A stretch of 63,132 nucleotides of DNA, filler included, from Octopus bimaculoides (GCF_001194135.2; 6 parts of 5 records of this genome joined end to end with filler, not necessarily neighbours in it), one strand, 5' to 3'; positions 26,298-40,296 are shown, counted from the whole stretch's first letter. Notes: generated by a model not told the origin, from the sequence alone. A program made the numbers and translations.

Positions 26298-26658
26298 AGT
26301 ACTTGGCTAGTACTTATTTCATCAACCCCAAAAATATGAAAAGCAAAAGCGACTTCGGTGACATTTGAACCCATAACGTAAGAAGTCTGAATAAACGTCG
26401 CTAAGCATTTTTCGGACGTGATAACGATTCTGCCAGTAGACTGTCGTCAACAGAAATACCATAATAATACTATAGGGAAAAGACCTGAAATTCTGGTCAG
26501 TGGTATTAACTGATTACATCGACCATAATATTCAACTGCTACTTATTTTGACGACCCCAAAACGATAAGGGATGAAGTCGAACCTGGCGGAATTTGATGT
26601 AAAAACAGTATTTTTCCCGGTGTGCCAACGACCCTACCTGCTTGCTGCCTTAATAATG

Positions 26659-26696
<38 letters not shown>

Positions 26697-28324
26697 TTCA
26701 GATTTTGGCACAAAGCCAGCAATTTCGTGGGAGGCGATATGTCTACATCCATCCCAGTGCTCAATTGGTGCCCATTTTATCGGTGCTATTTGAAATCAGG
26801 ATTTAAAGCAAAGAGGAATGCCGCTAAGCATTTTGTTTGGCATACTAAATATTCCACCAGCTCACCGCCTTCACCAGTATAAAAATAATACAAATTGTTC
26901 AAACAGCAGAATAAAATCTATGCCATGGTGGAAGAACGTAAGAAGTTTAACATTTGGAGTTTAACGAGGGGTTCAAACTGAAATGATAGATTGTTGCTCT
27001 ACCTCACAATATAAAATTTATTCCACTATTTGAACATTTTATATAACTATTTGTCAGCGCACTACATCTTAGTGTCCTCGGGTTTGCTCTTTTACTCTGT
27101 GTGTGTGTGAGTATGTGCGTGTTTTTGTTTTCTTTTTGCTGATATACACAACTATTTCTAATACAAAGCGAAAAAAAATTGATACAGCAATATTCTCACA
27201 TATCTGGTCATTGAAGGAGAACGTTACTGATTATATAACTACAGATCAGTGAAAAATATTAGATAATTCTTCTTCTTCTAAGCTCACTAACGTAATTCAA
27301 TTTCTGCGCTTTGCTGATTTGATGCTTGTTGATGCAGCCCACCTTAACTCTCCAACAACAGAACATATTCTATAGTCTGGTTGATTATCAAAAGCAACAA
27401 TCTTCAAATGAAGAGAAGAAAAAGCTACTCACTGTGCGGGTCAGAAATATATATTTCTCTGTAGATAAATAATCTTAAAAGAGAGAGAATGGGATTAAGG
27501 GAGAGATATCTGCACAAGAACAGACATAACGCAGTAGTTAAATAGTTCCATTCTAAACCATAGAGATCCAGGTTCAAATACGCTGTGATGCACCTAGGGA
27601 GAGTGTCCTTTATATTACTCTCACACCAAGGGTGATTGATGCTGATATTGTATCAGGAGGATTCTTCAGAAGGAAACTGCGCCGAATTCCAACATAGGCC
27701 TGTGCGTGTGTGTGTGCGTGTATATGTGTGTGCGTGCGTATGCGTGGGGGGAGAGAGTGTGTGTGTGTTTATACATGTGTGTGTAAATATATCTATGATG
27801 TATTAGGTATGTATGTATGTATGTACGCACGCACGCATGCATGTATGTATGTATGTATGTATGTATGTATGTATGTATGTATGTATGTATGTATGTATGC
27901 CGGGGTTTTGCGCATTTATATAGATGTATGCCTGTATAATAATTGTGAATTGATAAACAAGTTGATTTCTCATACCAAATAAAGTCAATCAGCTTCAGGA
28001 GATTTTAAACATTTTAAGTTTCTGCACAAAAAATACAATGACTGTATTCGTATTTCTATAAATATAAGTGTACGTATATGTTAATAACATGTGCGAACAG
28101 GATGCCGCATGCACTTGTGTCGAAGGACAAGAAGACAAAGCGAAGAAGCTGAACGGACACAATGCCGAACGGACATAAAGCTGAACGGTCACAATAAGGA
28201 ATAAAAAAAAAACATTCCTACCTACATAGTTTAATGACCAATTCATTAATTTGGCACTTAAGATTTAACGAGATTAAATTTTAATTTTCATATGTCGTTT
28301 CGGCATATTTGTGTATTTAAGTCT

Positions 28325-28475
28325 CTGCAACTTAGCGATTCAGCAAAAGAATCATAATAAAATAAGTACCGCGCTTTTAAAAAAAAAAATAAGCCCTGGC
28401 TTCAATTCATTCGGCTTCAAATTTCTTCAACTCGGTGCTCCCGCATGGCCACAATTTAATGACTGAAACGAGTAA
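28325..28475 (+). mobile_element. SINE family A 3' tail, diverged
   Basis: aacttagcgattcagcaaaaga...ggtgctcccgcatggccacaatttaatgactgaaacgagtaaaa. Confidence 0.7.
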
Positions 28476-28744
28476 AAGTTAAAAAGGAAAAAAAAAAAAG
28501 AACATCATTGATCTTGAGACGTAGACATGGAATTCTTGTAAAATTGGCGTGGAACATTAAACCACACATACACACATGCACATATGTATGTTCAGTTCCG
28601 TTTTTAATTTTTTTGAAATTCTTCGTCTGATAAACGAACTGGTTTCTAACAAAGGTACAGAGCATCATTGCTGGAATGTAGATAACAAAAACATTGCATA
28701 TTTTTTTTTAACTTCTGCTTACTGATTTTATTCATAATGTGCGA

Positions 28745-29075
28745 GTTAGTTGGTTGATTTCTTTTTCTGAAAACTCTAGCCTTATCCAAATTGTCACTTA
28801 GGCATTTTACTCGCAAAACCAAACTACCAATTGTTATTGGTATAAATGTGCATCTATTATCTGAATATAGAAGCTGGAGGTTTCGAAGAATTTGTCCACA
28901 GTTATCCTCTTTCTCTTTGATTTACAAAGAGATATTCACATCAGCAGGACAGCTGACCTCTATGACGGTACGTACTTTTTCTTATCTGACTCAAACAACA
29001 ATATCCGGCCTGTTATGTTTATACTTGATAGATGTTTTCACGGAAAGGTTCCACCAGTATTCCTTGTGCTGATGT
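28745..29075 (-). mobile_element. Restriction-like endonuclease (RLE) domain remnant of an R4/Dong-type element
   Basis: HNRPDIVV*...VIEVSCPADVNISL*IKEKEDNCGQILRNLQLLY...FIPITIGSL matches the PD..D/E-(x)-EK RLE consensus. Confidence 0.8.
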
Positions 29076-30396
29076 TTGTGTATGTATTCAATAATAGGGA
29101 TATTCACTATTTATTCAAGGACAGACTTTTTTTTTCCTAATGGCATTGTATATTATTTTTGCAACAAAAAAATGTACGTGTATATTTATATGTATGTATG
29201 CATGCACATACATATGTGTATGTATCTATGCATTGCATGAGTGTGTGTATGCAAGCATGTATCCTAAGCAATGCCTGACTAATTGCAGTGCGATTCTATA
29301 TCTCTTCAAAAGGAAATTTCGGTGCATAACGAAACATCCTCATATATGAGTAACACGGACTGTTCAGCTGACAGCATAAGAGATTGCTGAAATGAAGTAA
29401 TGGCTTATGGTGATTGTAAATGTGTCTCCAAGTCTAAATATGATAGATCAGCGGGTTGAGAGTTTAACACATCAATAAGTGATCAAATAAGGTGGGGATG
29501 AAAGAGAAATTTAACTTGTGACGTTTATATATTAGTATTAGCCGTTATTGAAAAAATAACAGTAATATCAGAGAAAGAAAGGAGTAGTTGAGTAGTTTTC
29601 AGCTCTGAATCTGTGAAAATAATTGTTAGATGGTTATTGTTATTGATTTGCGCCAGGACAGCGTAAAAGATGTTGAGGTTTAAAATTTAGTACATAAATA
29701 CCTACAAGTGTTGACAGCGAAGTAGAATAAACAAAAATGAAATATAGCAAAGTAGTCATTAAGTTTTGTTGATGGTGTTTTGGTGTGAATATAGAGTATT
29801 TAGAGTGTGTTTGGCATTCTAGAAGAATGTGTCTGATAGAGAATAATAAGAGAAAAATGAGAATAATTAACTGGTTTTATTTCGAAAACAATACGAATGG
29901 TCTAGAAGCCAGCAGAAGCCAGTAGTTGCAGAAATATATATAATACTAATAATAAGCTTTTCTATAATAGGCACAAAACCTGAAATTTTGATGGGTAGGG
30001 GTCTAGTTGACCCCATTGAATGACTGGTTCTTATTTTATCAACCCTGAAAGCATGAAAAGCAATGTCTACCTCAATGGAGTTTAAACTCAGAATGTAAAA
30101 ACCTGATGAAATGCCACGAAGCCTTTTTTTCTAGCGTGTCAGCTCTCCGCCTTTACGCTACTATTAATGGTTTCAAATTTTGGCACAGGGCCAACAGATT
30201 ATTGATGGCAATGTGAAGTTGACTGCATTGGTTCTTATTGTTTTATCGACCCCGATAGGATGGAAGGCGAAGTCAACCTCGGAAGAATTCTAACTCACCC
30301 CATAAAGACGGATGAAATACCGCTAACATTTGGTTAAAATAATACAATTAAACGCATAGTTACAGAAACAAAATTGTAAAATATTAAATTATTTAA

Positions 30397-30652
30397 TATT
30401 ATTTACATTCGATGGATATTTGTCCTCATCTTGTTTGTTGATAACACAACGTTTCGGCTGATATACCCTCCAGCTTTCTTCAGGTGTCTTGGGGAAATTT
30501 CGAACCTGGGTTCTCATTCCTAAGGTATTTTTCGATGTTATTATTATTATTATTATTATTCAGGTCATTGCTTGGAATCGAAATCTGAATCTTGGGGTTA
30601 GTAGCCCGCGCTCTTAACCACTACGCCATATGTCCGTGGGCATATAGAACTG
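30397..30652 (-). mobile_element. Complete tRNA-headed SINE (family E) with internal (AAT)n and a hammerhead motif; 15-bp TSD
   Basis: Head TGGCGTAGTGGTTAAGAGCGCGGGCTACTAACCCCAAGATTCAGATTTCGATTCC (A/B boxes). Perfect TSD tattaaattatttaa at 30382-30396 and 30653-30667. Confidence 0.85.
30443..30488 (-). ncRNA. Minimal type I hammerhead ribozyme motif (PLE-type)
   Basis: RNA: GACAC CUGAAGA A AGCUG GAGGGUAUAU CAGCC GAAAC GUU GUGUU. Stem I is GACAC/GUGUU, stem II is (A)GCUG/CAGC(C), both core boxes are intact, and stem III is reduced to the palindrome AACGUU. Confidence 0.7.
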
Positions 30653-31294
30653 TATTAAATTATTTAAGTCGACAATAAGTTTATCAATGCTGTAGAGGGT
30701 AAAAATTAGCTAAAATATTGTCTGAGAAATCGTAAAACTTATACGACTCGATAACCGGTTCTGATTCCACTTTCCCAGTTACTCTAACAAAGATTTTGAG
30801 TAGATTATTAAATTTCTAGTATCGTGTACCGCTTCTTACAAACGTACACATACAAAAATATACGAGGGGGTGCTGAAAATTTCCTGGCTTATGGTTAGGT
30901 ATAATGAAAGAGGAAGAGAGACAGATACAGAAAGAGACATAGAGAGGGGTCGAGAGTACTGTACTCATACATTAGGGGACTGTTTGAGTGACAAGTATTG
31001 ATTGTTATACGATCCAAACTATGAGCGCGATGAAGATCCTTGTGTTTGACCTTTCCGTATGCAAGTCCCTGCATATTCACATACATAACAAACATCCATA
31101 TATATGCGCGCGCGCGCGCGCGTATCTGTGTGTGCGTGTGTATCTGTGTCTGTGTGTTGTGTTCGTGTATATTCATAAGTGTATATACATATATTTACAC
31201 GTACATGCGTACACACCCACACTCACACACACGTATAATATACATATATACATATACATGCAAACACCCACCCACCCACACACACACACACACG

Positions 31295-31344
<50 letters not shown>

Positions 31345-31438
31345 NNNNNNNNNNNNNNNNNNNNNNNNNNNNNNNNNNNNNNNNNNNNNNNNNNNNNNNN
31401 NNNNNNNNNNGAAATAATATGTGTAACTATATATGTAT

Positions 31439-31474
<36 letters not shown>

Positions 31475-32134
31475 TTACTTGCATTCATAGCTGCAAGCAT
31501 TTACACAAACATACATACACGCACATATATGCATACATTCATACATACACACATACATACACGTACACACACATATATACATACATACATACATACATGC
31601 ATACATACATACATGCATGCATACATGCATGCATACGTACATATGTACATACATACATACGTACATACATGCATACATACGTACATACATACATACATAC
31701 ATACATACACACAGGGTAATACTGACGTTACATGCTCAGAAACATTTCTGATGGAACTTGTTCAAAAATCTTATCAGTTTTGTGGAAACGAGTAAATATG
31801 TCTTGTGTTTATGTATTTATTTATTTTTTTCTTAAAAAGGAAAAAAAATGAATCCTTCATGTGGATAGCATTGTATAAAGTAAATTTAAAATTAAAGGAG
31901 AGAGAAAGAGGGAGAGAGAGTAAGCGTGGAAGATTGATTGCGATCTAGTTATGAAATGCTATATGCATGCGCGCTCGCACGCACGCATGCACACATACGC
32001 CTGCGCGCGCGCACGCACACACAGACGTGAATATATATATGTGTGTGTGAATATATAAATATGTATACATAAATATGTTTGTATATATGTATGTACGTAT
32101 GTATGTATATACATATATATATATATACATACAT

Positions 32135-32167
<33 letters not shown>

Positions 32168-32447
32168 NNNNNNNNNNNNNNNATATATATGTATATATGT
32201 ATATATATATATATAGATAGATAGATAGATATATGTTTAGATATATATATATATATATAGTCCTCGATAAGGGGAATTAGAATACATTATTCATCACATG
32301 CGCGCGCACACACGCAAGCTTGTATATATGAGTATGTTAGCCAATATATATATAAATATATATCCCATGCATCTATATATACATGTAGATATAGGTATGT
32401 ACATACATGTACGTATATATGCATATACTCATATATTAATTGTATTG

Positions 32448-32482
<35 letters not shown>

Positions 32483-33551
32483 AATGCGTGTATGTGCGTG
32501 TGTACATGAGTGTACGTGCACGTGCTTGTGTGTGTGCTTGTGTGTTTGTGTGTGTGTATACTAACCAATCTCCTCAATGAAGGGAAATTAAAACAAATTC
32601 TTCCTCACACACACACACACACATACACACTGAACGAAATAACATAAATCAACGTATGATTAAATAAATAGAAATATTTTTTTTTAAACAAACAAACAAA
32701 CAAACAAACAATATTATATAAATAACTGATTAAAAGTAAGTACTATAAATACAAAGATAACATTAAGTTCAGATAAGAAATTCAATTAATATTTATTTTT
32801 ATTTATATATTTATTCATTCCCGATTAAACTAAATTTATGTCCGAATTTGAATGAAGAAGAAAAATGAGGAATCTGCTTAAAAAGTGGCGGAATGATTCC
32901 GTAACATTAAAGAAATCGGATCAATAAGCAATAGCCAGCACAAAGAGAATACAAAGACACCGAAAATAGAGAAGAAAATCACGTTTTTTGTGGGGGGTTT
33001 TAGCGTTGCTGTGTTTATTGCGGGGTGTTTTTGAGTTGGGTTTTTTTTTATTCTCAAAAAAATCATCCAATAGGAAATAAAAGATGGAACATATTTCTTT
33101 TACACGCATGCGTAACGCAACATTTACAATGCCAGTAATTCGGTACAATTCATCCGAGAGAAGTAAATATAAAAAGTGAAAGGAAATAAAAAAAATATTG
33201 AGGTTCAACTACTTCATCTTTTTATTTGTTTCTTTGTACTGATTTTTTTTCTTTAAACGAAGAATAATAAAACTAATAAAAATAAAATATGAAATGAAGT
33301 ATTTCTTTCTGGCATTTTCTGAGAGGTTTCTTTTCCTTTTTAACTATATCTTTCTTTATTTTCGTAATTTTTTTTTGTTCTTCATGTTTGCCTGTATGGT
33401 TTGTTTTTTTCTTATCCCCTTATATTCCTGTTTTAACCTTAAATTAAGCATAAAACAAGCAATCTCCCTATACATTTTTCACCAAAAATGAAAAAAAAAG
33501 AAAGTAAAATGAAATATATCGATAAAAAAATTCGTACATGAATGTGTGTGT

Positions 33552-33588
<37 letters not shown>

Positions 33589-33859
33589 TGTGTGTACAAA
33601 CATATATAATTGCATATATNNNNNNNNNNNNNNNNNNNNNNNNNNNNNNNNNNNNNNNNNNNNNNNNNNNNNNNNNNNNNNNNNNNNNNNNNNNNNNNNN
33701 NNNNNNNNNNNNNNNNNNNNNNNNNNNNNNNNNNNNNNNNNNNNNNNNNNNNNNNNNNNNNNNNNNNNNNNNNNNNNNNNNNNNNNNNNNNNNNNNNNNN
33801 NNNNNNNNNNNNNNNNNNNNNNNNNNNNNNNNNNNNNNNNNNNNNNNNNNNNNNNNNNN

Positions 33860-33900
<41 letters not shown>

Positions 33901-34734
33901 TATATATGCATGTGTGACCACGTATACATGCATACGTACATACATACAAGTGTATATTTTACAAAAGAAAGAATAGAAAGGAACTTTTATTTTCCTCATT
34001 TCGTTTGATTATGTTCTTGTGCCTTAGAGAAATCGCAATTGGTCTATTTCCTGAATAGAAAAGCTTTCTTTGAGAAATGCTGGCGAATTTCAAACGATAA
34101 GCCGTGCCACATGCTGTCTTCCGATTGGGAAAATGAGATGACGTCAGCACAATGCGATTTATCTTCGCTTTCTTGTTCTCTTTATTTCTCGTATCGTTCA
34201 GTCCGATTTTCAGCCTTGATTTCTTTTGTTTTTTTATAGTTTTATTTTTGTTTATTCTACATATATGTTTTTATCATTGTCTGTGTTTTTCCACTAATCT
34301 GTGTGTTTAATGTGTAGGTGTATGCATGTGTATATGTTCTTTTGGCATATTTATTTCTATTTTTATTTCACATCATATGCAAACAAACTAAGTGTGATAG
34401 TTGCAGACAGTAGTTATGTGTGAACTATAAAAAAAAAACCCGTAAGATTATGTGTAAATCAGAGTAAACTAGCAATAAAAGCATGGTATAAACACGTGAG
34501 TGTTACTAATATGTACATGCATATATATATATATATATAAGCATCAGTATGTGTAGGAGTGCCGGCATGTATATGTGCCTGTATGCATGTTTGTATGTAT
34601 ATATAACACGCAGTAAGAATTAGTAGTATTTCAATGTATGTGTACATGTGAGGAACATATGCATAAATATGTATATACAGAGACAGAGCGATGGGTGGAT
34701 AAACAGATTGATAGACAGATATATAGACAGACCA

Positions 34735-34818
<84 letters not shown>

Positions 34819-34930
34819 GTATTAGCATTTTTCACTTCAAATCTATACAACCAATTCTTTGGTTTTCTTGATCACTGAAATAAATGTATACCTAGGTATA
34901 CATGTACAAATATATACATACATGTATATA

Positions 34931-35291
34931 CAGTAGAACCTCACAGTACGAGTGTCCCGTTGCACGAGTAATTTGCTGTACGAGCCGAGCCTCGTACGAA
35001 TTTTTGTCTTGAAGTACGAGCGGAAATCCGCAGTACGAGCGCACAAATCGTCCCATCTTTAAGATAACCCAGTTAATAAAACCAGTTTACATATTTATTT
35101 TGCATTCTCCTTTTTATAATTGTCATTTTACTTGTAACTACACCTTTTCTGTTTTAAAACCCATAAAAAATTACTTTTGAATGGTTTTGTGGGGCTGGAA
35201 CGGATTAATTATATTTTAGTTAATTTCAATGGGGAAAATTGATTTGTAAAACGAGTAAATCGTAAGACGAGCTCGATCATGGAACGAATTA
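34931..35291 (+). mobile_element. pogo/Tigger-like non-autonomous DNA transposon; 3' TIR missing
   Basis: TA|CAGTAGAACCTC... start and subterminal ...tacgag repeats. It ends at ggaacgaatta, followed by (TACA)n. Confidence 0.6.
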
Positions 35292-35380
35292 TATATGTAT
35301 ATACATACATACATACATACATACATACATACATACATACATACATACATACATACATACTACATATATATATATGTGTG

Positions 35381-35963
35381 TGTATCATATATCTTGACTT
35401 CAGTAAAGCGTTCGTCAGGGTTGACCATAATATCTTACTCACAAAATTGGCAAATGTTGGAATCCATGGAAAACCTCTACACTGGATTAAGTATTTCCTG
35501 GAGAATAGAACACAAGAAGTTGTAGTCGATGGAGTCCACTCAAGCCCAACAAAAGTCACCAGTGGTATCCCTCAGGGGACTGTCTTGGGCCTGCTGCTCT
35601 TTATAATTTACATAAATGACCTTTCCAGCGTCGTAAATCACTGCAAAGTGAAAATATTTGCAGATGACACTAAGCTCCAGCAAATCATCAATGAAGAAGA
35701 CCGAACTCAACTCCAGACTGATCTATAAGCTGTGAGTAAATGGGCAAACAAAAACAAAATGAAACTGAACGAGGGAAAATTTGAGCTGATGCATTTTGGA
35801 AGAAAGTCTATACTAAAACTGCCATACTCTCTTCCTTCAGGGGAACCGCTCACGGCATCCAATAATATCAGAGATCTGGGTGTAATTGTTGACAACAATC
35901 TCAATTGGAGTGCCCACATCAACAATAAGGTCAATATAGCTCGTAGGATGAGCTCCTGGATCT
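35381..35963 (+). mobile_element. CR1-clade RT fragment, well preserved, running into a gap
   Basis: YLDFSKAFVRVDH...SGIPQGTVLGLLLFIIYINDL...KIFADDTKL...WANKNKMKLNEGKF...RDLGVIVDNNLNW. One in-frame stop near 35726. Confidence 0.95.
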
Positions 35964-36952
35964 NNNNNNNNNNNNNNNNNNNNNNNNNNNNNNNNNNNNN
36001 NNNNNNNNNNNNNNNNNNNNNNNNNNNNNNNNNNNNNNNNNNNNNNNNNNNNNNNNNNNNNNNNNNNNNNNNNNNNNNNNNNNNNNNNNNNNNNNNNNNN
36101 NNNNNNNNNNNNNNNNNNNNNNNNNNNNNNNNNNNNNNNNNNNNNNNNNNNNNNNNNNNNNNNNNNNNNNNNNNNNNNNNNNNNNNNNNNNNNNNNNNNN
36201 NNNNNNNNNNNNNNNNNNNNNNNNNNNNNNNNNNNNNNNNNNNNNNNNNNNNNNNNNNNNNNNNNNNNNNNNNNNNNNNNNNNNNNNNNNNNNNNNNNNN
36301 NNNNNNNNNNNNNNNNNNNNNNNNNNNNNNNNNNNNNNNNNNNNNNNNNNNNNNNNNNNNNNNNNNNNNNNNNNNNNNNNNNNNNNNNNNNNNNNNNNNN
36401 NNNNNNNNNNNNNNNNNNNNNNNNNNNNNNNNNNNNNNNNNNNNNNNNNNNNNNNNNNNNNNNNNNNNNNNNNNNNNNNNNNNNNNNNNNNNNNNNNNNN
36501 NNNNNNNNNNNNNNNNNNNNNNNNNNNNNNNNNNNNNNNNNNNNNNNNNNNNNNNNNNNNNNNNNNNNNNNNNNNNNNNNNNNNNNNNNNNNNNNNNNNN
36601 NNNNNNNNNNNNNNNNNNNNNNNNNNNNNNNNNNNNNNNNNNNNNNNNNNNNNNNNNNNNNNNNNNNNNNNNNNNNNNNNNNNNNNNNNNNNNNNNNNNN
36701 NNNNNNNNNNNNNNNNNNNNNNNNNNNNNNNNNNNNNNNNNNNNNNNNNNNNNNNNNNNNNNNNNNNNNNNNNNNNNNNNNNNNNNNNNNNNNNNNNNNN
36801 NNNNNNNNNNNNNNNNNNNNNNNNNNNNNNNNNNNNNNNNNNNNNNNNNNNNNNNNNNNNNNNNNNNNNNNNNNNNNNNNNNNNNNNNNNNNNNNNNNNN
36901 NNNNNNNNNNNNNNNNNNNNNNNNNNNNNNNNNNNNNNNNNNNNNNNNNNNN

Positions 36953-37026
<74 letters not shown>

Positions 37027-37939
37027 TATGTTTATAAATGTATGTATAAAATAACCGCAATCGAAAATATAATAAATAAGGCAGACTACATAAATGTAGT
37101 GTGCCTTATCTCTATACAACACCTAATATATGTCACTTTCTAGTGTTCTACATAACGAGTTTACGTAGATTTAATATTCTGCTGAAATCATTCTCATTTT
37201 TCGACATTTGATGCACCAGTGTTTTCAGTAGAGAAATCTGGGTGTAAATTTAAGAAGTGTAATTTAGGAAATATACGTCAACGAATATTTTCGAAATCGT
37301 TATTCATCTTGTCAACTCTATCACTATAAAAATAATTCTAGATTTGTTAGGAAATTAGGAGATGTATTTAAAAACATGGCAAGCCAAGGTTAACCAGTGT
37401 TCCATCAAATTTTTTTGTTTTTACATCTCTCCACTTTGAGATTCTTCAAATACTGTCTCTTATTAATTTTTGCAGCTCAAAATTTTCAAAATACTTTTGA
37501 GTGATATTGAAATCCCTAGGTTTAATGTTTTGTTTGTGGCTTTAACAAATACCTTCATTAATCCAGGCTCAGTATGAAAATATTTATTTGGTGAAGTGGT
37601 GATAATATTTTCTTCGGATAAACTGATTGGATATCATTCCTTTCGGGTATATATGAAGAGTTGGTTGGCTTCTTCTATCTTCTGTTGCGATGCTCAGTAA
37701 TAGCACAAACAACCCATATGAATATTGGTTTCAAATTCTGGCACAAGGCCAGCAATATCGGGGGTGGATTAATTCGATTACATCGATAGGATGAAAGGCA
37801 AAGTCAACCTCGGTGGGATTTGAACATAGAACGTAAAGACTGATGAAATGCCATTATGTACTTCGCCCAGTGTGCTAACGATTCTGACAGCTCCTCGCCT
37901 TGATCTCATATAAATATTAGAAGCAATAAAATAAAAAAA

Positions 37940-38188
37940 AATGCACCCTTTTAAAGCCTAGCCAGGCTCATGGGCCCGGTTTCCCGGTTTCAATGGCGTA
38001 TGTGTTCCGCAGCTGGACGAGACGCCAGTCCATCGCAGCGTTACTCATTTTTGTCAGCTGAGTGGACTGGAGCAACGTGAAATGAAGTGTTTTGCTCAAG
38101 AACACAACGCGTCGCCCGGTCCAGGAATCGAAACCACAATCTTACGATCATGATGTTGACACCCTAACCACTAAGCCACGCGCCCCCA
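37940..38188 (-). mobile_element. SINE family D (tRNA head + V-SINE-like central domain)
   Basis: GGGGGCGCGTGGCTTAGTGGTTAGGG...GGTTTCGATTCCTGG head, then GCGATGGACTGGCGTCTCGTCCAG, which resembles the V-domain core from recollection. Confidence 0.7.
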
Positions 38189-38997
38189 CATTAGAAGCAG
38201 TACTGCATGGTTTATCCTATTTGCGTGTCCATTTACGTAGCAATTTCTATAAATCTTCTCAAAGATTCAACTGATGATTTTTGTTTTCAATTGCATTAAA
38301 AACTATACGTTAATATTAGTTTCTTTCAGATCCCTTCAGTATGCATTAGGAATGGATGGTTTTAACTTTCCAATGATCAATAAAATAGCTTTCCAACTTC
38401 CTTATAATCAATCAATAAACACTGCTTTCAACAAATCTTTGAGATAAACTTGCAAAAAGTCCATTTATGCCATGAAGATGACAGGTAAGATAGTCCACTT
38501 TGAAATAAGCTTTAGAATAAAAATTTGGTTTTCGACTATAAATTAATATATTTTCTTCAAACGGGAACCGAGAAATTCTACCTTACCATTGAACATTCGT
38601 AAATCGTTCTCAAGAGCCTTTAAGCTTTCTGGCATCAAACGAATTGAACTTAGCTGTATATTCTGGTTCGTATTTCAAATGTAAATAAAATTTAGGAGTC
38701 CCATCAACCGTTGTAACGTCTTTAATTCTCGTCAATATTGTTGCATCTATCTTGGGATGTAAAGAAACAGACAGAGTTTTATCATATGAGATAGATCTAC
38801 TCTCAGAACTTAGACTAAAATAATCGCTTTTGTGTCTTTCTCTAAGAATCCCCTTTCATACTAACATTTCACAAATATCGGTCTGGCGTGTATTCTTTTT
38901 GCTCCCTCGACAGCAATGGAACTGTTAAAAAAAGCTTTGGGGTTTTCTACGATTTTTCTTTTTTCTAACCTGTCATGCAGACCATTTACACATACTC

Positions 38998-39336
38998 TTT
39001 TACTTGTTTCAGTCAATTGATTGCGGCCATGCTGGGGCACCGCCTTTAGTCAAGTAAATCGACCCCAGGACTTATTCTTTGGAAGCCTAGTACTTATTCT
39101 ATCGGTCTCTTTTGCCGAACCGCTAAGTTATGGGGACGTAAACACACCAGCATCGGTTGTCAAGCGATGTTGGGGAGCAAACACAGACACACAAACATAT
39201 ACACACACATACATATATACATATACATATATACGACAGGCTTCTTTCAGTTTCCGTCTACCAAATCCACTCACAAGGCTTTGGTCGGCCCGAGGCTATA
39301 GTAGAAGAGACTTGCCCAAGATGCCACGCAGTGGAA
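38998..39336 (-). mobile_element. SINE family A
   Basis: Matches the other family A copies. The 5' end is lost in the gap. Confidence 0.9.
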
Positions 39337-40296
39337 NNNNNNNNNNNNNNNNNNNNNNNNNNNNNNNNNNNNNNNNNNNNTTAATTAATTAANNNNNNNN
39401 NNNNNNNNNNNNNNNNNNNNNNNNNNNNNNNNNNNNTTTCCACATCTACAATCTTTTGAAGTGTGCCACTTCCACACATCATAAAATCTTCCCATTTCTC
39501 ATCTAACGCCAAACGATTTACGGAGCGTACTGGGTTCTTTTCTTGTGGCACCAGCGCAATTGAGCTTAGCAAGAAATTTCTAAGACAAGTTCCCTTGCTG
39601 GAGTGGTGGTACAATATTGAGGGAGGTGACTTTCTGTCGAATGTTCAGAGGATTAGCACAGGGTCAGGGAAGAGAAGGCGGAGGAGATAATATGTGATGG
39701 TACAAGAGGCTGTGGAAAGCAACGATATCAAGAAACCGTAGCTAGATTGAGAAATGTGGAGATTTTATGATGTGTGAATGTGACACACTTCAGCGGGTTG
39801 TAGAGGTGGAAATTGCGTATGTGTGTGTTATGTATATATGCGTATATGAGCTTTTCTTTGTGCGCGCAAGTGTGTGTGTGTGTGTTCGCGCGGCGTTTTA
39901 AGAATGTGATAACTGTTATTTTGTTTGTATGCAATAATAATGTAACTTCTTTTACTTTATAAGATTTAGTTAAACCGTTATTTTATAGAAACCGTTTTAT
40001 TAATGCAACGCAGTCCTGCATATCTGCAGACTTTTCGCATTACTGAAGTCTTTAGGTGCATCTATTTCCTTATATTCAGAAGGCCTTAATAATTTTCCAT
40101 GTCTTACTTAAAATTTCGATTTAGTCATCGGAATTAAAATGTTAGGAATGAAAGCCACGCTTTAAATAATTGTATTTATTATCAGAAATATGTAACTGTA
40201 TCTACAGTCAACCCAGTTTTAAGGAAATTGCAATTTAAACAGAATATAAGAATATAAGAAGATAATCTTCAGTAATCCTGCTATTGTTTTACTTAC

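Noticed and set aside
27330-27470. Exon-like stretches on both strands (PTLTLQQQ...KKLLTVR; IVAFDNQPDY...)
   Set aside because: Splice signals are weak or imply a ~31-nt intron, and no domain is recognisable.
38330-38960. - strand open stretch (...VTTVDGTPKFY...) and an exon-like NIQLSS...MFNG ending at a GTAAGG donor
   Set aside because: Its phase does not join the EGF exon and no family motif is convincing. It may be a decayed DNA transposon.
39440-39620. NRLALDEKW string resembling mariner TGDEKW
   Set aside because: A single short motif with no supporting flanking motifs or TIRs.
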